A DNA stretch of 56,175 nt, taken from the NCBI GenBank assembly GCA_018304635.1, contig JAGVVW010000002.1, forward strand, positions 1-56,175. The letters are read 5' to 3'. Every line of letters begins with the position of its first letter. The stretch's first letter is position 1. The notes under the pieces were generated by a model. It saw nothing but the letters and a program-made list of their open reading frames with translations. It ran no database searches and had not been told where the DNA came from. This DNA is from Candidatus Aenigmatarchaeota archaeon. Lineage in GTDB: Archaea; Aenigmatarchaeota; Aenigmatarchaeia; GW2011-AR5; JACRMX01. Position numbers and translations under genes: made by a program. Shown in pieces: positions 28,559-38,800 of this stretch.

Positions 28559-29206
28559 ATGAACTCAGATGAAATATGGAATGAAATATATAAAAAACAT
28601 GGTTTCAGGGCAAAATACCCGGATGAGAACTTGATTCGCTTCATATCTACAAAATTCAGAAATGTTCCTGATAAAAAATCCCTGAAAGTGCTTGATCTGG
28701 GTTGCGGCCCGGGAAGACATATAATATTTCTAGCTAACCAGAAATTTTCTGTATATGGAATAGATGCATCAGAAACTGCAATTAAAATGGCAAAAAATTT
28801 TATTGAAGAAAACAATATAACAGCTGATATTAGAATCAGTGAAATGCCGCCATTGCCATATGAAAATGATTATTTTGACTTAATAATCGATTGTGCATCA
28901 ATACAGCATATTAAAGTTGATAAAATGAACAGGATTTTCTCGGAAATTTACAGGATTCTTAAAACCGGAGGTATGTTTTTCTCTATTATCAGGTCAATGG
29001 ATGATTACATTTCCTCATCCAAACAAATTGCTAATAATACATTTTTTAATTTGGATGACAATACGGGTGAAATACATTTATTTGATGAGGCTGAAATAAG
29101 AAGTCTTCTGAAAAATTTTACTGAACTTAATATTGAACACGAAACCAGAACTTTTGAAAACATGTCAAAAAAAAGATGTAATTGGATAATCGCAGCAAAA
29201 AAGTGA
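28559..29206 (+). CDS. Class I SAM-dependent methyltransferase
   Basis: VLDLGCGPGRH, LPYENDYFD, YRILKTGG. Confidence 0.9.
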   Translation: MNSDEIWNEIYKKHGFRAKYPDENLIRFISTKFRNVPDKKSLKVLDLGCGPGRHIIFLANQKFSVYGIDASETAIKMAKNFIEENNITADIRISEMPPLPYENDYFDLIIDCASIQHIKVDKMNRIFSEIYRILKTGGMFFSIIRSMDDYISSSKQIANNTFFNLDDNTGEIHLFDEAEIRSLLKNFTELNIEHETRTFENMSKKRCNWIIAAKK

Positions 29207-29210
29207 TATA

Positions 29211-30263
29211 ATGACTGAAATAGAGATTCTTACAGTAAATGAAAGCAAAAGGTGGGGAGAATTAATCAATGATCTGCCGCAGAAAGACATACACTTTACC
29301 TCCCAATATGCCCAACTTTTTGAGAATTACTTAAAACACAAAGCTTTGCTCTTTGTATTTAAAGAAAATGATAATGTAATTTTATATCCTTTCTTCATAA
29401 GAAAAATAAATGATATAGAAATATTCAAAGATATTGAAAAAGAAGTTTTTGACATTATTTCGCCGTGGTATTACGGTGGTCCTGTAAGCAACATAACAGA
29501 CAAAAGCAGAGAAAAAGAAATATTCCAAAATTTTACAGCTGAATTTGGAAATTTTTGCAGGAGTGAGAAGATTGTATCTGAATTTTGCAGAATGCATCCG
29601 TTTTTTAAAAATCATGATAATTTTTCAGCCCCTGAACTCGAAATGAACAGGAAAGTTGTCTACATAGATCTAAAAAAAACAAAGGAAGAAATATGGAACA
29701 GTTTTAAAAAAGTTAATAGAAAAGCAATAAGAAAGGCGGAAAAAGGTGGTATAGATATTTCTATAACAAACAACAAATCTGGTATTAAGAAGTTTTATGA
29801 CATCTATACAAATTCAATGGAAAGAAAAGAAGCTGGAAAGTTTTATTTCTTCAATATTGAATTTTTCAATGATATGTTCGAGCTTCTCAAAGATTCAGCA
29901 ACAATATTTTTTGCTGAACATGGGGGTAATGTTATTGTTGCGTCATTGGTTCTGCATAAACACGGAATTGCACATGATTATTTGAGGGGGTCTGATCCTG
30001 AATTTTTACATATGAGACCTAACAACCTGATAGTAAAAGAAATAGCACTCTGGGCAAAAGATAATGGAAATGAGATATTCGACCTGGGCGGCGGAACCAG
30101 CACAGATACAAATGATCCAAAACTAAGATTTAAATCATTGTTCTCAAAGGATAGAAAACGCTTTTTTATTTATAAAAAGATTCACAACAAAAGTGTATAC
30201 GATGAACTCTGTAAAAAACAATGTAATATAACAGGAAATTTTCCTCTGTATAGGTGTGTTTAA
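29211..30263 (+). CDS. FemAB-like / GNAT-family acyltransferase
   Basis: SPWYYGGP, VSEFCRMHP, VYIDL, RKAIRKA, RPNNL, FDLGGG, FK. Confidence 0.8.
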   Translation: MTEIEILTVNESKRWGELINDLPQKDIHFTSQYAQLFENYLKHKALLFVFKENDNVILYPFFIRKINDIEIFKDIEKEVFDIISPWYYGGPVSNITDKSREKEIFQNFTAEFGNFCRSEKIVSEFCRMHPFFKNHDNFSAPELEMNRKVVYIDLKKTKEEIWNSFKKVNRKAIRKAEKGGIDISITNNKSGIKKFYDIYTNSMERKEAGKFYFFNIEFFNDMFELLKDSATIFFAEHGGNVIVASLVLHKHGIAHDYLRGSDPEFLHMRPNNLIVKEIALWAKDNGNEIFDLGGGTSTDTNDPKLRFKSLFSKDRKRFFIYKKIHNKSVYDELCKKQCNITGNFPLYRCV

Positions 30264-31603
30264 TGAAGGTATTGTTGGTATATCCGAGATTTAAATATGA
30301 AAATTCCGGGGGTCTTCAGGAACCTCTCGGAATTCTTTACATAGCGAGTGTCCTGAGAAAGTCAGGCCACGATGTCTCATTCATAGACCTGACGTTTGAA
30401 AAAGATTTCAGTAAATTAAATAAAGAAACACTTGACGTAGACTTAATCGGAATGAGCTCGACAACAGCGCTCTTCGGAACAGCAAAAGAAGTTTTGAAGC
30501 ATATGAAATCAATAAACCCGGAATTAAAAGTTGCAATTGGAGGACCGCATCCGACAGTAATGACTGATGATGTACTTGACGCTGGATTTGATTATTCAGT
30601 AATTGGAGAAGGTGAAAAAATAATTCTTGAGTTATTGAATGGAATAAAAAAAGGCAAAATAAGTGATGTAAAGGGGATAGCTTATAGAATAAGAAACAAA
30701 ACAAAAATAAACAAATCGTGCGAATTCATAGAAAATCTCGATTCTATACCATTTCCAGCAAGAGATATGATAAACTGGGATGAATATAATATATCTGACA
30801 TGGGACTGATTATAACACGTGGCTGCCCATACAACTGTCTCTATTGTAAGCCTATGCAAAATAAATTGTTCGGAAAAAAAATAAGAAAAAGAAGCTCTGA
30901 AAATGTAGCTGATGAAATAGAAGAAATAGCAAAGATTTATGGAGTAAAAAGTTTTTTCTTTAAGGACGATACATTTAGTGCTTGTGGAGAAGAATGGATA
31001 AAGATATTCGGAAATGAAATTGAAAAAAGAAACCTGAAAATATCATGGACATGTCAGACAAGAGTCAATGAGGTAACTGAAGGATTTTTAAAAGCAATGA
31101 AAGATGCTGGATGCAGGCTCATATCTTTTGGTGTTGAAAGTGGTTCACAGAAAATATTGAATTTTTATAGAAAGGGAATAACAACAGAACAGACAAAAGA
31201 AGCATTTAAGCTATGCAAGAAAGTTGGGATACTAACACATGCATATATCATGCTTGGCGCGCCAATTGAAACAGAAGAAGATATGGAAATGACATATCAG
31301 CTGATAAAGGAAATAAAACCATATAGCGTTCAGGTAAGCATCACAACACCTGCTCCGGGAACGGATCTTGGAGAATATGTAAAAAATCAGGGAATTCTTA
31401 ATATTCATAACAATCTGGAAACGGATTATTATGCAAACGAATATCCCATCAAACTACAATATCTGACACCAGAAAAGTTAAAAATTTACAGGAAAAAAAT
31501 CTATAGGTACATGCTATTTAAAAATGCCTTTTCAAAAAGAGGTATAATCACAGCTATTAGAAATCCTGGAAAAGCATTTAGATATATGAAAAAAAGGCTA
31601 TGA
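30263..31603 (+). CDS. Cobalamin-binding radical SAM protein
   Basis: EPLGILYIAS, GGPHPT, GEGE, TRGCPYNCLYC, FKDDTF, FGVESGS, TPAPGT. TAATG overlap with the upstream gene. Confidence 0.92.
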   Translation: MKVLLVYPRFKYENSGGLQEPLGILYIASVLRKSGHDVSFIDLTFEKDFSKLNKETLDVDLIGMSSTTALFGTAKEVLKHMKSINPELKVAIGGPHPTVMTDDVLDAGFDYSVIGEGEKIILELLNGIKKGKISDVKGIAYRIRNKTKINKSCEFIENLDSIPFPARDMINWDEYNISDMGLIITRGCPYNCLYCKPMQNKLFGKKIRKRSSENVADEIEEIAKIYGVKSFFFKDDTFSACGEEWIKIFGNEIEKRNLKISWTCQTRVNEVTEGFLKAMKDAGCRLISFGVESGSQKILNFYRKGITTEQTKEAFKLCKKVGILTHAYIMLGAPIETEEDMEMTYQLIKEIKPYSVQVSITTPAPGTDLGEYVKNQGILNIHNNLETDYYANEYPIKLQYLTPEKLKIYRKKIYRYMLFKNAFSKRGIITAIRNPGKAFRYMKKRL

Positions 31604-31621
31604 TTTCGGCAGGGAATTTAA

Positions 31622-32770
31622 ATGAACTGGAAAATACCATTGTTTAAATGTTATTGGGAAGACGATGATATAGAATCAGTAAATAACGTAATTAAAAGAG
31701 GAACATATTGGGCCACTGGACCTGAAATCAAAAATTTTGAAACGAATATAGCCAAATATGTAGGTGCAAAATACGCATTGGTGTTTAATTCAGGAACATC
31801 AGCACTTCATGCGGATATATCGGCTCACGAAATTGGAAAAGACGACGAAGTTATTTTGCCATCATTCACATTTGTGTCCACATCAAATAGTGTTGCATTA
31901 ACTGGTGCAAAACCAGTATTCGCTGAAATTGAAGATCAGTCATATGGTCTGGATCCTGCAGATGTTGAAAGAAAAATAACTGATAAAACCAAAGCCATTA
32001 TTCCTGTTCATTATGCGGGCGCTCCGTGTAAAGAAATAAAAACTTTGAAAAAAATCGCTGATAAAAACGGTCTTATTCTCATAGAAGATGCTGCTGAATC
32101 ATTGGGTTCAAAAATCGGAACCAGATTTGTAGGAACATTCGGCAACTCAGCGATGTTTAGTTTCTGCCAGAATAAAATCATAACCACGGGTGAAGGTGGC
32201 GCTATAGTAACTAATTCAGAAAAAATCTATGAAAAATTAAAGTTAATCAGATCACACGGACGGCTGGAAAGAACTGACGATTATTTTTCAACTACAAAAG
32301 AAATGGACTATATACAGCTAGGATATAATTACAGAATATCTACAATATCAGCTGCTTTAGGAATTTCGCAATTGAAAAAAATAGACAAGATAATAAGTAT
32401 GAGAAGGAAAATTGCAGAATATTTTAACAGGATATTTTCCGAAATTAATGGAATAAAAATACCCGAAACACCAGAAGATCATTTTCACATTTATCAGATA
32501 TACACTATCCGATTAAGAGATAAAAAAATCAGGGATATGATGCAAAAATTTTTAATAAAAAGGGGGATAATGAATAAGGTATATTTTGACTCTGTGCATC
32601 TCAAGACATTTTACAGAAAATTGGGATATAAGGAAGGAAACTTGCCTAAAACCGAGAACATATCCGAAAGGGTACTGTCTCTGCCAATATACCCCAGTAT
32701 GAATCCGGAAGAAATGATATATATAACAAATTCCATTAAGGAATTTTTCAAATTATATATAAAAATTTAA
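31622..32770 (+). CDS. DegT-family aminotransferase (LegC/PseC-like)
   Basis: NSGTSALH, PVHYAG, EDAAESLG, SFCQNKIITTGEGG, GYNYR. Confidence 0.9.
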   Translation: MNWKIPLFKCYWEDDDIESVNNVIKRGTYWATGPEIKNFETNIAKYVGAKYALVFNSGTSALHADISAHEIGKDDEVILPSFTFVSTSNSVALTGAKPVFAEIEDQSYGLDPADVERKITDKTKAIIPVHYAGAPCKEIKTLKKIADKNGLILIEDAAESLGSKIGTRFVGTFGNSAMFSFCQNKIITTGEGGAIVTNSEKIYEKLKLIRSHGRLERTDDYFSTTKEMDYIQLGYNYRISTISAALGISQLKKIDKIISMRRKIAEYFNRIFSEINGIKIPETPEDHFHIYQIYTIRLRDKKIRDMMQKFLIKRGIMNKVYFDSVHLKTFYRKLGYKEGNLPKTENISERVLSLPIYPSMNPEEMIYITNSIKEFFKLYIKI

Positions 32771-32803
32771 TTGAAATTATAATAAGCAACATCAGGTGTT
32801 GAA

Positions 32804-33817
32804 ATGGACAATACATTTAGAAATAAAAAAATTCTTGTCACTGGAGGCACAGGCTCCATTGGTAGTGAAATAGTCGTGCAATTATTAAAATATAATCCAG
32901 AAGCCATAAGAATATTCAGTAGGGATGAAACAAAACAATTCAATCTAAAACATGAACTCGGTGAACGTGATAATGTAAGATATTTAATAGGTGATGTAAG
33001 GGATAAAGACAGGTTAAGAAAAGCTGTGGAAGATATAGATATAATTTTCCATGCAGCAGCTCTGAAACATGTTCCTGCTTGTGAATATAATCCCTTTGAA
33101 GCTGTTAAAACAAATGTAATCGGAACCCAGAACATAATTGATGTGGCACTTGACGAAAATGTAGAAAAGGTTATTGCTATAAGTTCTGATAAGGCTTCAA
33201 GCCCGACAAACACAATGGGAGCCTCAAAACTACTTTCTGAAAAAATTGTCGTATCTGCTCACTATCACAGGGGAAAAAAACAAACTGCTTTTTCATGTGT
33301 CAGGTTCGGTAATGTCCTGAATTCTCGCGGATCTGTGGTACCGTTGTTTGTGAATCAGATTAAAAATAAATCAATGATAACAATTACAGATCCTGATATG
33401 ACTAGATTCATGATGACCCTGCCACAAGCTGTTAAACTTGTATTTGAAGCTGCGAGAATTTCCAGAGGTGGAGAAATTTTTATCCTTAAAATGCCTTCAC
33501 TCAGATTAGGTGATCTGGCTGATGTAGTTAAAGAACAAATAGGAATGAAATGCGAGATTCATCCGGAAACAATAAAAACAGAGATTATTGGAATAAGACC
33601 GGGAGAACGTATGCATGAGGATCTGATGACAGAGGATGAATCTAAAATAGCCAAAGAAACTGAAAATATGTTTATAATACCACCAAACCTGGTGGCTTCT
33701 GATTATGTATATGATGGATCCAAACCTGTTATGATTAGCAAATACACTTCAAATCAGCAAACACTGATGTCAAAACAACAAATAATTGACATGCTAAAAA
33801 CAGAGGGCATTATTTGA
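32804..33817 (+). CDS. NDP-GlcNAc 4,6-dehydratase (Polysacc_synt_2; LegB/PseB/CapD-like)
   Basis: LVTGGTGSIG, FSRDETKQ, HAAALKHVP, SSDKA..P.NTMGASK, VRFGNV..SRGSV, GIRPGE. Confidence 0.92.
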   Translation: MDNTFRNKKILVTGGTGSIGSEIVVQLLKYNPEAIRIFSRDETKQFNLKHELGERDNVRYLIGDVRDKDRLRKAVEDIDIIFHAAALKHVPACEYNPFEAVKTNVIGTQNIIDVALDENVEKVIAISSDKASSPTNTMGASKLLSEKIVVSAHYHRGKKQTAFSCVRFGNVLNSRGSVVPLFVNQIKNKSMITITDPDMTRFMMTLPQAVKLVFEAARISRGGEIFILKMPSLRLGDLADVVKEQIGMKCEIHPETIKTEIIGIRPGERMHEDLMTEDESKIAKETENMFIIPPNLVASDYVYDGSKPVMISKYTSNQQTLMSKQQIIDMLKTEGII

Positions 33818-33831
33818 AAGTAAAAAATTAG

Positions 33832-34725
33832 GTGCATCCAATGGAAATGAGAATAAAGAGACGGGTAAATACAATTAAAAGAAAGTTGTTCATTTCGCAG
33901 CAACCACATGTACTTCATATAGAAATAAATAACACATGCAACCTGCACTGTATAATGTGTCCAAGAGAAAGAATGAATAGAAAACCAGGTATTATGAATT
34001 TTGAAACATATAGAAAAATAATTGATGATGCTGCATCTATAGACGTACCGCATGTCAGGCTTTTTATGTTCGGTGAACCTTTACTGCATCCAAAATTAAT
34101 AGAAATGATAAAATATGCCAAATCTAAAAATATACCAAAAGTTGACTTCAATACAAATGCCACCTTACTTAATAAAAAGATATCACGTGAAATAATAGAT
34201 TCTGGCTTGGATAGGATAATTTTTTCAGTTGATGGCATTAATAAAAAAACATATGAATCTGTAAGGCGCGGTGGAAAATATCAAAAAGTTGTTAAAAATA
34301 TTGAATATTTTATGCAACTTAAAAATAACTTAAGCAGGGGACCGCATACAATTCTCCAGACAATAGTAATGAACCAGACCAAACCTGAAATCACATCATT
34401 TGAAGGTAAATGGAAAAGTGTTGTTGACGAAGTGTCTGTAACTGAACTGAACACCTATGGCGGAATGTATAAATTTTCAAATAAAGAAAAAACCAATAAA
34501 AGACAGGCATGTAATCAATTATGGGACAGACTGATTGTTTTATGCAATGGCGTTGTAACGGTTTGCTGTGAAGATTATAATGGTATGTTAGCTATCGGAC
34601 ATGTGGATGATGGCATCAGGAAACTCTGGAAAAATGAAAAAATAAAACATCTACGGAATCTGCACCTTAAGCAGGATTTCGGTAGTATACCATTATGTGA
34701 TAAATGCGATGCAACATGGATGTGA
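33832..34725 (+). CDS. Radical SAM protein with SPASM/twitch domain
   Basis: CNLHCIMC, GEPLLHP, NTNA, SVDG. C-terminal CNQLW...VTVCCED...CDKC. Confidence 0.9.
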   Translation: MHPMEMRIKRRVNTIKRKLFISQQPHVLHIEINNTCNLHCIMCPRERMNRKPGIMNFETYRKIIDDAASIDVPHVRLFMFGEPLLHPKLIEMIKYAKSKNIPKVDFNTNATLLNKKISREIIDSGLDRIIFSVDGINKKTYESVRRGGKYQKVVKNIEYFMQLKNNLSRGPHTILQTIVMNQTKPEITSFEGKWKSVVDEVSVTELNTYGGMYKFSNKEKTNKRQACNQLWDRLIVLCNGVVTVCCEDYNGMLAIGHVDDGIRKLWKNEKIKHLRNLHLKQDFGSIPLCDKCDATWM

Positions 34726-34731
34726 TAGATA

Positions 34732-35394
34732 TTGAAATTAGTAATAATATCAGATTCCATGGCCATGGAAAGACCGGAAACAGGAAAAACAGAAATATAT
34801 CCACATCTTCTTGAAAAGAATCTATCAAAAAAACGTGTTAAAATAAATATCAAAGTTTTTGCTGAACGTCGGTTCACGACAACAGAAGCTGTCAATATCT
34901 TAGATAGAGTCAAAAAGTTTAAATCTGAAATCATCGTACTTCATCTTGGAATATGTGATTGTGCTGCACGTATTCTTGACCTGAAACAGCGGGAAAAAGT
35001 TGCCAGAATGCCGAAACCTGTCAGATGGATCATTACAAAATTTTTAAGTACATTCAGACGCCAGATACTGCTTATTTTTGGTTCACGTGTATGGGTAAAA
35101 AAGGCGGAATTTGAACAAAACATTCTAAGAATAATAAATGAACTGAAACGAGAAAGTTTTATTCTGATCAATATAGCACCAACTGACAAAAAAACATCCA
35201 CACATTCACCGGGGCTTAAAAGAAATATAGAAGAATACAACAAAATAATTCAGAAAATAGCATTAGAAAGAAGTGTTAAATTAATTCAGATGGAAAATCT
35301 GATAGATTCAGAAAAGCATATGCTGGATGGTATTCATTTAAACAAAATAGGTCATGAAATTTTAGCTAAAGAACTGGCAAAACTAATATCTTGA
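34732..35394 (+). CDS. SGNH/GDSL hydrolase
   Basis: ISDS nucleophile motif, LGICD, DGIHLN..GH. Confidence 0.82.
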   Translation: MKLVIISDSMAMERPETGKTEIYPHLLEKNLSKKRVKINIKVFAERRFTTTEAVNILDRVKKFKSEIIVLHLGICDCAARILDLKQREKVARMPKPVRWIITKFLSTFRRQILLIFGSRVWVKKAEFEQNILRIINELKRESFILINIAPTDKKTSTHSPGLKRNIEEYNKIIQKIALERSVKLIQMENLIDSEKHMLDGIHLNKIGHEILAKELAKLIS

Positions 35395-35409
35395 ATTATG
35401 GAATTAATA

Positions 35410-35487
35410 GTATGTTCAGTTGATTTTTGAACATATATACTGAACATACATTATAGCAGGTTCAAATATTATTCGAACCTACTATAA
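35410..35487. terminator. Two adjacent inverted repeats between convergent genes
   Basis: gtatgttcagt...actgaacatac (35410-35449) and ttatagcaggttc...gaacctactataa (35451-35487). Confidence 0.5.
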
Positions 35488-35575
35488 GCATCGATAATTG
35501 AAATGAATAACCTGACATCGCAATACCCGACATTTTGTAGATTTAATAGTTACGCTGTTTTACAGTTATTAATAT

Positions 35576-36322
35576 TTATGATTTTCCAATTTCAGTCATG
35601 TCATAAATCACCTTACCTGCCAGAACATCATTGTTAAACTGGCTGTATCTCTCAGGAACACCTATATCAATATGATATGCATCATTGACAACGAAACCGT
35701 TAATCTTTTGTTCATTGACAAGTTTTGGATAAACATCGCGTTCAAGAGAAAAGAATTTTCCAGATGGTATATAATTCATAATACCTTTGTTTAGGAATAC
35801 AATTGATGTGTTTGTCATATTTCCTATGAATTCTGTCGGTTTCTCAACAAATCTTATTATTTGACTTTTTCCGTTCATTAAAACAACACCCCACTGACTG
35901 GGGTCTTGTTTTTGTATCAGTGCCATTGTCGCAATAGGATTGTTTGTATTATGATTTTTTATAAGTAATGAAAAATCTATATTCATAAAAATATCAGCTG
36001 AAATAAGAAGGAATTCATCATCCAAAAGATTCTCCGCATTTTTTAAAGACCCCGCTGTTCCTAATGATTCAGATTCTTCAGAATATTGAATTGAAACGCC
36101 AAACCTGTTTCCATTCCCAAAAAAATCTCGTATTTGATTGTGCCTATACCCTGTACACATAAGAAATCTGTTGAAACCTTGTTTTTTCAAAACTTCCATT
36201 TGATACTGGACAAAAGGCTTTCCTAAAACAGGAACCATTGCCTTTGTTATATAGTAAGTAAGCGGCCATAATCTCGTGCCTAATCCGCCTGCATTAAAAA
36301 CAACTTGAGTATTATTTTTCAT
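35576..36322 (-). CDS. Sugar-1-phosphate nucleotidyltransferase (NTP_transferase; M1P guanylyltransferase/PtmE-like)
   Basis: AGGLGTRLWPLT...KAM, LGTAG, FVEKP, SLERDVYP, DIG. Confidence 0.88.
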   Translation of the reverse strand: MKNNTQVVFNAGGLGTRLWPLTYYITKAMVPVLGKPFVQYQMEVLKKQGFNRFLMCTGYRHNQIRDFFGNGNRFGVSIQYSEESESLGTAGSLKNAENLLDDEFLLISADIFMNIDFSLLIKNHNTNNPIATMALIQKQDPSQWGVVLMNGKSQIIRFVEKPTEFIGNMTNTSIVFLNKGIMNYIPSGKFFSLERDVYPKLVNEQKINGFVVNDAYHIDIGVPERYSQFNNDVLAGKVIYDMTEIGKS

Positions 36323-36392
36323 AGTTAGTATGAATTAAATATTATATCTTTTTATAATTATGTATAAAAATTTCTGTCACTATCTATAATAC

Positions 36393-37323
36393 ATGAAAAC
36401 ATCACATAAAATCTTTATATCAGTAATTATTATATCTACGAGTTTGTTAATAATATCATTAAATGCACCCAAAACCACGGAATTCCATAATATGGCAAAT
36501 AAAACAGTGGCTATTGAAATCAGAACATCTCCTGATTCATATATTGATGTCTATTCGGATACAAAGCTTACTGGATTCAATGGAACTGATTATAAAATAG
36601 AACTAATTTTTTACCCGAATCATAAGATGGAAACATACGTATACAACGTAAACAATTCTTTGATTAATTATAGCAAACAGGATTTTTCAGGCAGTTTTGA
36701 AAATTTCCATGTTTTATCAAAGAATGCAGTTGTCAATATATCCAATCCTGTTGTTTTTGTCGCTCTGGGTGATTCAAATACTATGGGTGTTCGCGAAGGA
36801 GTAGAGTTAGAAGACACGTGGCCATATAAATTAAGTCAAAAGAATAATGCTGTTGTTGTAAATAGCGGTCTTGGAGGAGATACGATATCCGGAGGCTTAA
36901 GAAGACTAGAAAAAGACGCTTTGAGCTTCAAGCCAGATTCTATTATAATATCATTCGGCCTTAACGATGCAATCTTCCTTGGTATAGATGATCCGAGAGT
37001 CAATAAAACCACATTTCAGTCCAATCTTGAAAGAATGATAAATAGAATTCAGGCAGATAATTCAACCGTAATTTTAACAACAACCACACCGATTAATAAA
37101 AATATTTTCTATAATAAAACAAAAATACCGGAATATTTTTACCAACACATTAATGCCCAGAATGTTTATGATGAATATAATGATATAATAAGAAATTTGG
37201 CAAAGAAAAGAAATGTATTTTTGGCTGATATACGAAAAAAATATCATGGATGATGGCATTCACTTAAACCCGGAAGGTCATACATTATATGCAGAAATTA
37301 TTAGTCAAAGTTTTGGAAGTTAG
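36393..37323 (+). pseudogene. Membrane-anchored SGNH/GDSL esterase, frameshifted at an A7 run just before the catalytic DxxH
   Basis: LGDSNT, NSGLGGD, GLND are in frame, then the ORF stops at 37253. Removing one A from 37235-37241 gives ...IRKNIMDDGIHLNPEGHTLYAEIISQSFGS* ending at 37323, 3 nt before the next ATG. Confidence 0.82.
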
Positions 37324-37326
37324 AAC

Positions 37327-38784
37327 ATGTCTGAAAAAAAAAGGATGATAAAGGACGTTACTGGATATTCCATAAGCAGCATATTAACCCAGTTACTGAG
37401 CATTATCAGAGGTATTGTGGTTGCAAGATTTCTTGGTCCGGCACTCTATGGCATATTCAACCTGTTAAGAATTTTACTTGGCTACAGCCAGTATTCTCAA
37501 CTTGGAATGCTACCTGCAATGAGTAAAGAAATACCATACAGAAAAGGCCGTGGAGAACCAATAGAAAATATAAAAAATATCGTATTTACCATTACCCTTA
37601 TTATATCACTGATTATTGGTCTTGGTGTTATTGTTTTTTCCTTCCTGTTTAGCTCCATGTTCCCGGAAAGTTTAATATCAGGCCTTAGAATTGTGTCTGT
37701 TTTAATTTTATTGCAGCAGATATACTTTTTTTATTCAAATTACCTGAGAGCTGTTAAAGAGTTTATTTTCATAAGTATAATAGAAATCCTGATGACTGTG
37801 ATAAATTTTGCCCTTACGATTTTGTTTTTAATCTATGGCTTTAGCCTGAACGGTATCCTTGTAGCATTAATGATAAGCTATGTTGTTGTGATAATCTATA
37901 TAATCAGAAAAATGAAAATTCCTTTAAAATTATATTTTGAAAAAATCCAGGCTTTTGTGCTTCTGCGCAACGGGCTTCCGTTATTATTGATAGGAATTGG
38001 AAATATTTGTCTGGACAGCATAGACAAACTCATGATAGCAGGATTTTATGGAACAAATGAACTTGGCCTTTATAGTATCTCAGCAATGATCATAGCATTC
38101 ATGTTAAGCTTTTCTTCTTCAGCGGGTTCTGTGATGTTCCCGAGTATGATGGAACAATATGGTAAAAGAAGGAATGAAGAAGACTTAAAAAACTATCTTA
38201 TGAAGCCTCTTGTCATAATCTCATGCGCCACAGCTATATTAATAGGAATTGTTTTCATAGCTATTCCTATGGCTGTTCAGGTTTTTCTTCCAAAATATAT
38301 TTTAGGTGTCGACGCTATCAGAATAGTGATTTTCAGCACGTTCTTTATAGCTATTACAAGTATACTGGGAAATTACATGATAGCTGTAAATAAAGAACGA
38401 ATAGTAATAGCAATTCAGTTTATCAGCATAGGACTGACAATAACACTTAATTATATCACAATTATGCTTGGATACGGATTAACTGGAATTGCAATGGCAA
38501 CAGTTGCCACATTTGCCTTTTATTCAACATGCATTCTGTTCATATCGTTGAGAAAACAACCTGATATGATAAAGATCATTTCAAAGCTTTATTTTCCGCT
38601 GGTGTATGTCATCGGTTTAGTTGTAATAATGGAAAAACTTATTAATCCCGGGAATTTGATATGGACAATTTCAGAACTTGGAATATTCGCAATCCTCTGT
38701 TTGCCGTTGATTATATACATAAACAGGGAAACTTCAGTAATATCTGAAATGTTTAGCATGGCTAAAAAACGTATTAAAATATGA
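37327..38784 (+). CDS. Oligosaccharide flippase (Wzx/MOP family)
   Basis: ARFLGPALYG, DKLMI...G..ELGLYS, YGLTGIAMAT, many TM helices. Confidence 0.9.
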   Translation: MSEKKRMIKDVTGYSISSILTQLLSIIRGIVVARFLGPALYGIFNLLRILLGYSQYSQLGMLPAMSKEIPYRKGRGEPIENIKNIVFTITLIISLIIGLGVIVFSFLFSSMFPESLISGLRIVSVLILLQQIYFFYSNYLRAVKEFIFISIIEILMTVINFALTILFLIYGFSLNGILVALMISYVVVIIYIIRKMKIPLKLYFEKIQAFVLLRNGLPLLLIGIGNICLDSIDKLMIAGFYGTNELGLYSISAMIIAFMLSFSSSAGSVMFPSMMEQYGKRRNEEDLKNYLMKPLVIISCATAILIGIVFIAIPMAVQVFLPKYILGVDAIRIVIFSTFFIAITSILGNYMIAVNKERIVIAIQFISIGLTITLNYITIMLGYGLTGIAMATVATFAFYSTCILFISLRKQPDMIKIISKLYFPLVYVIGLVVIMEKLINPGNLIWTISELGIFAILCLPLIIYINRETSVISEMFSMAKKRIKI

Positions 38785-38800
38785 GTTCATTAATAAAACA

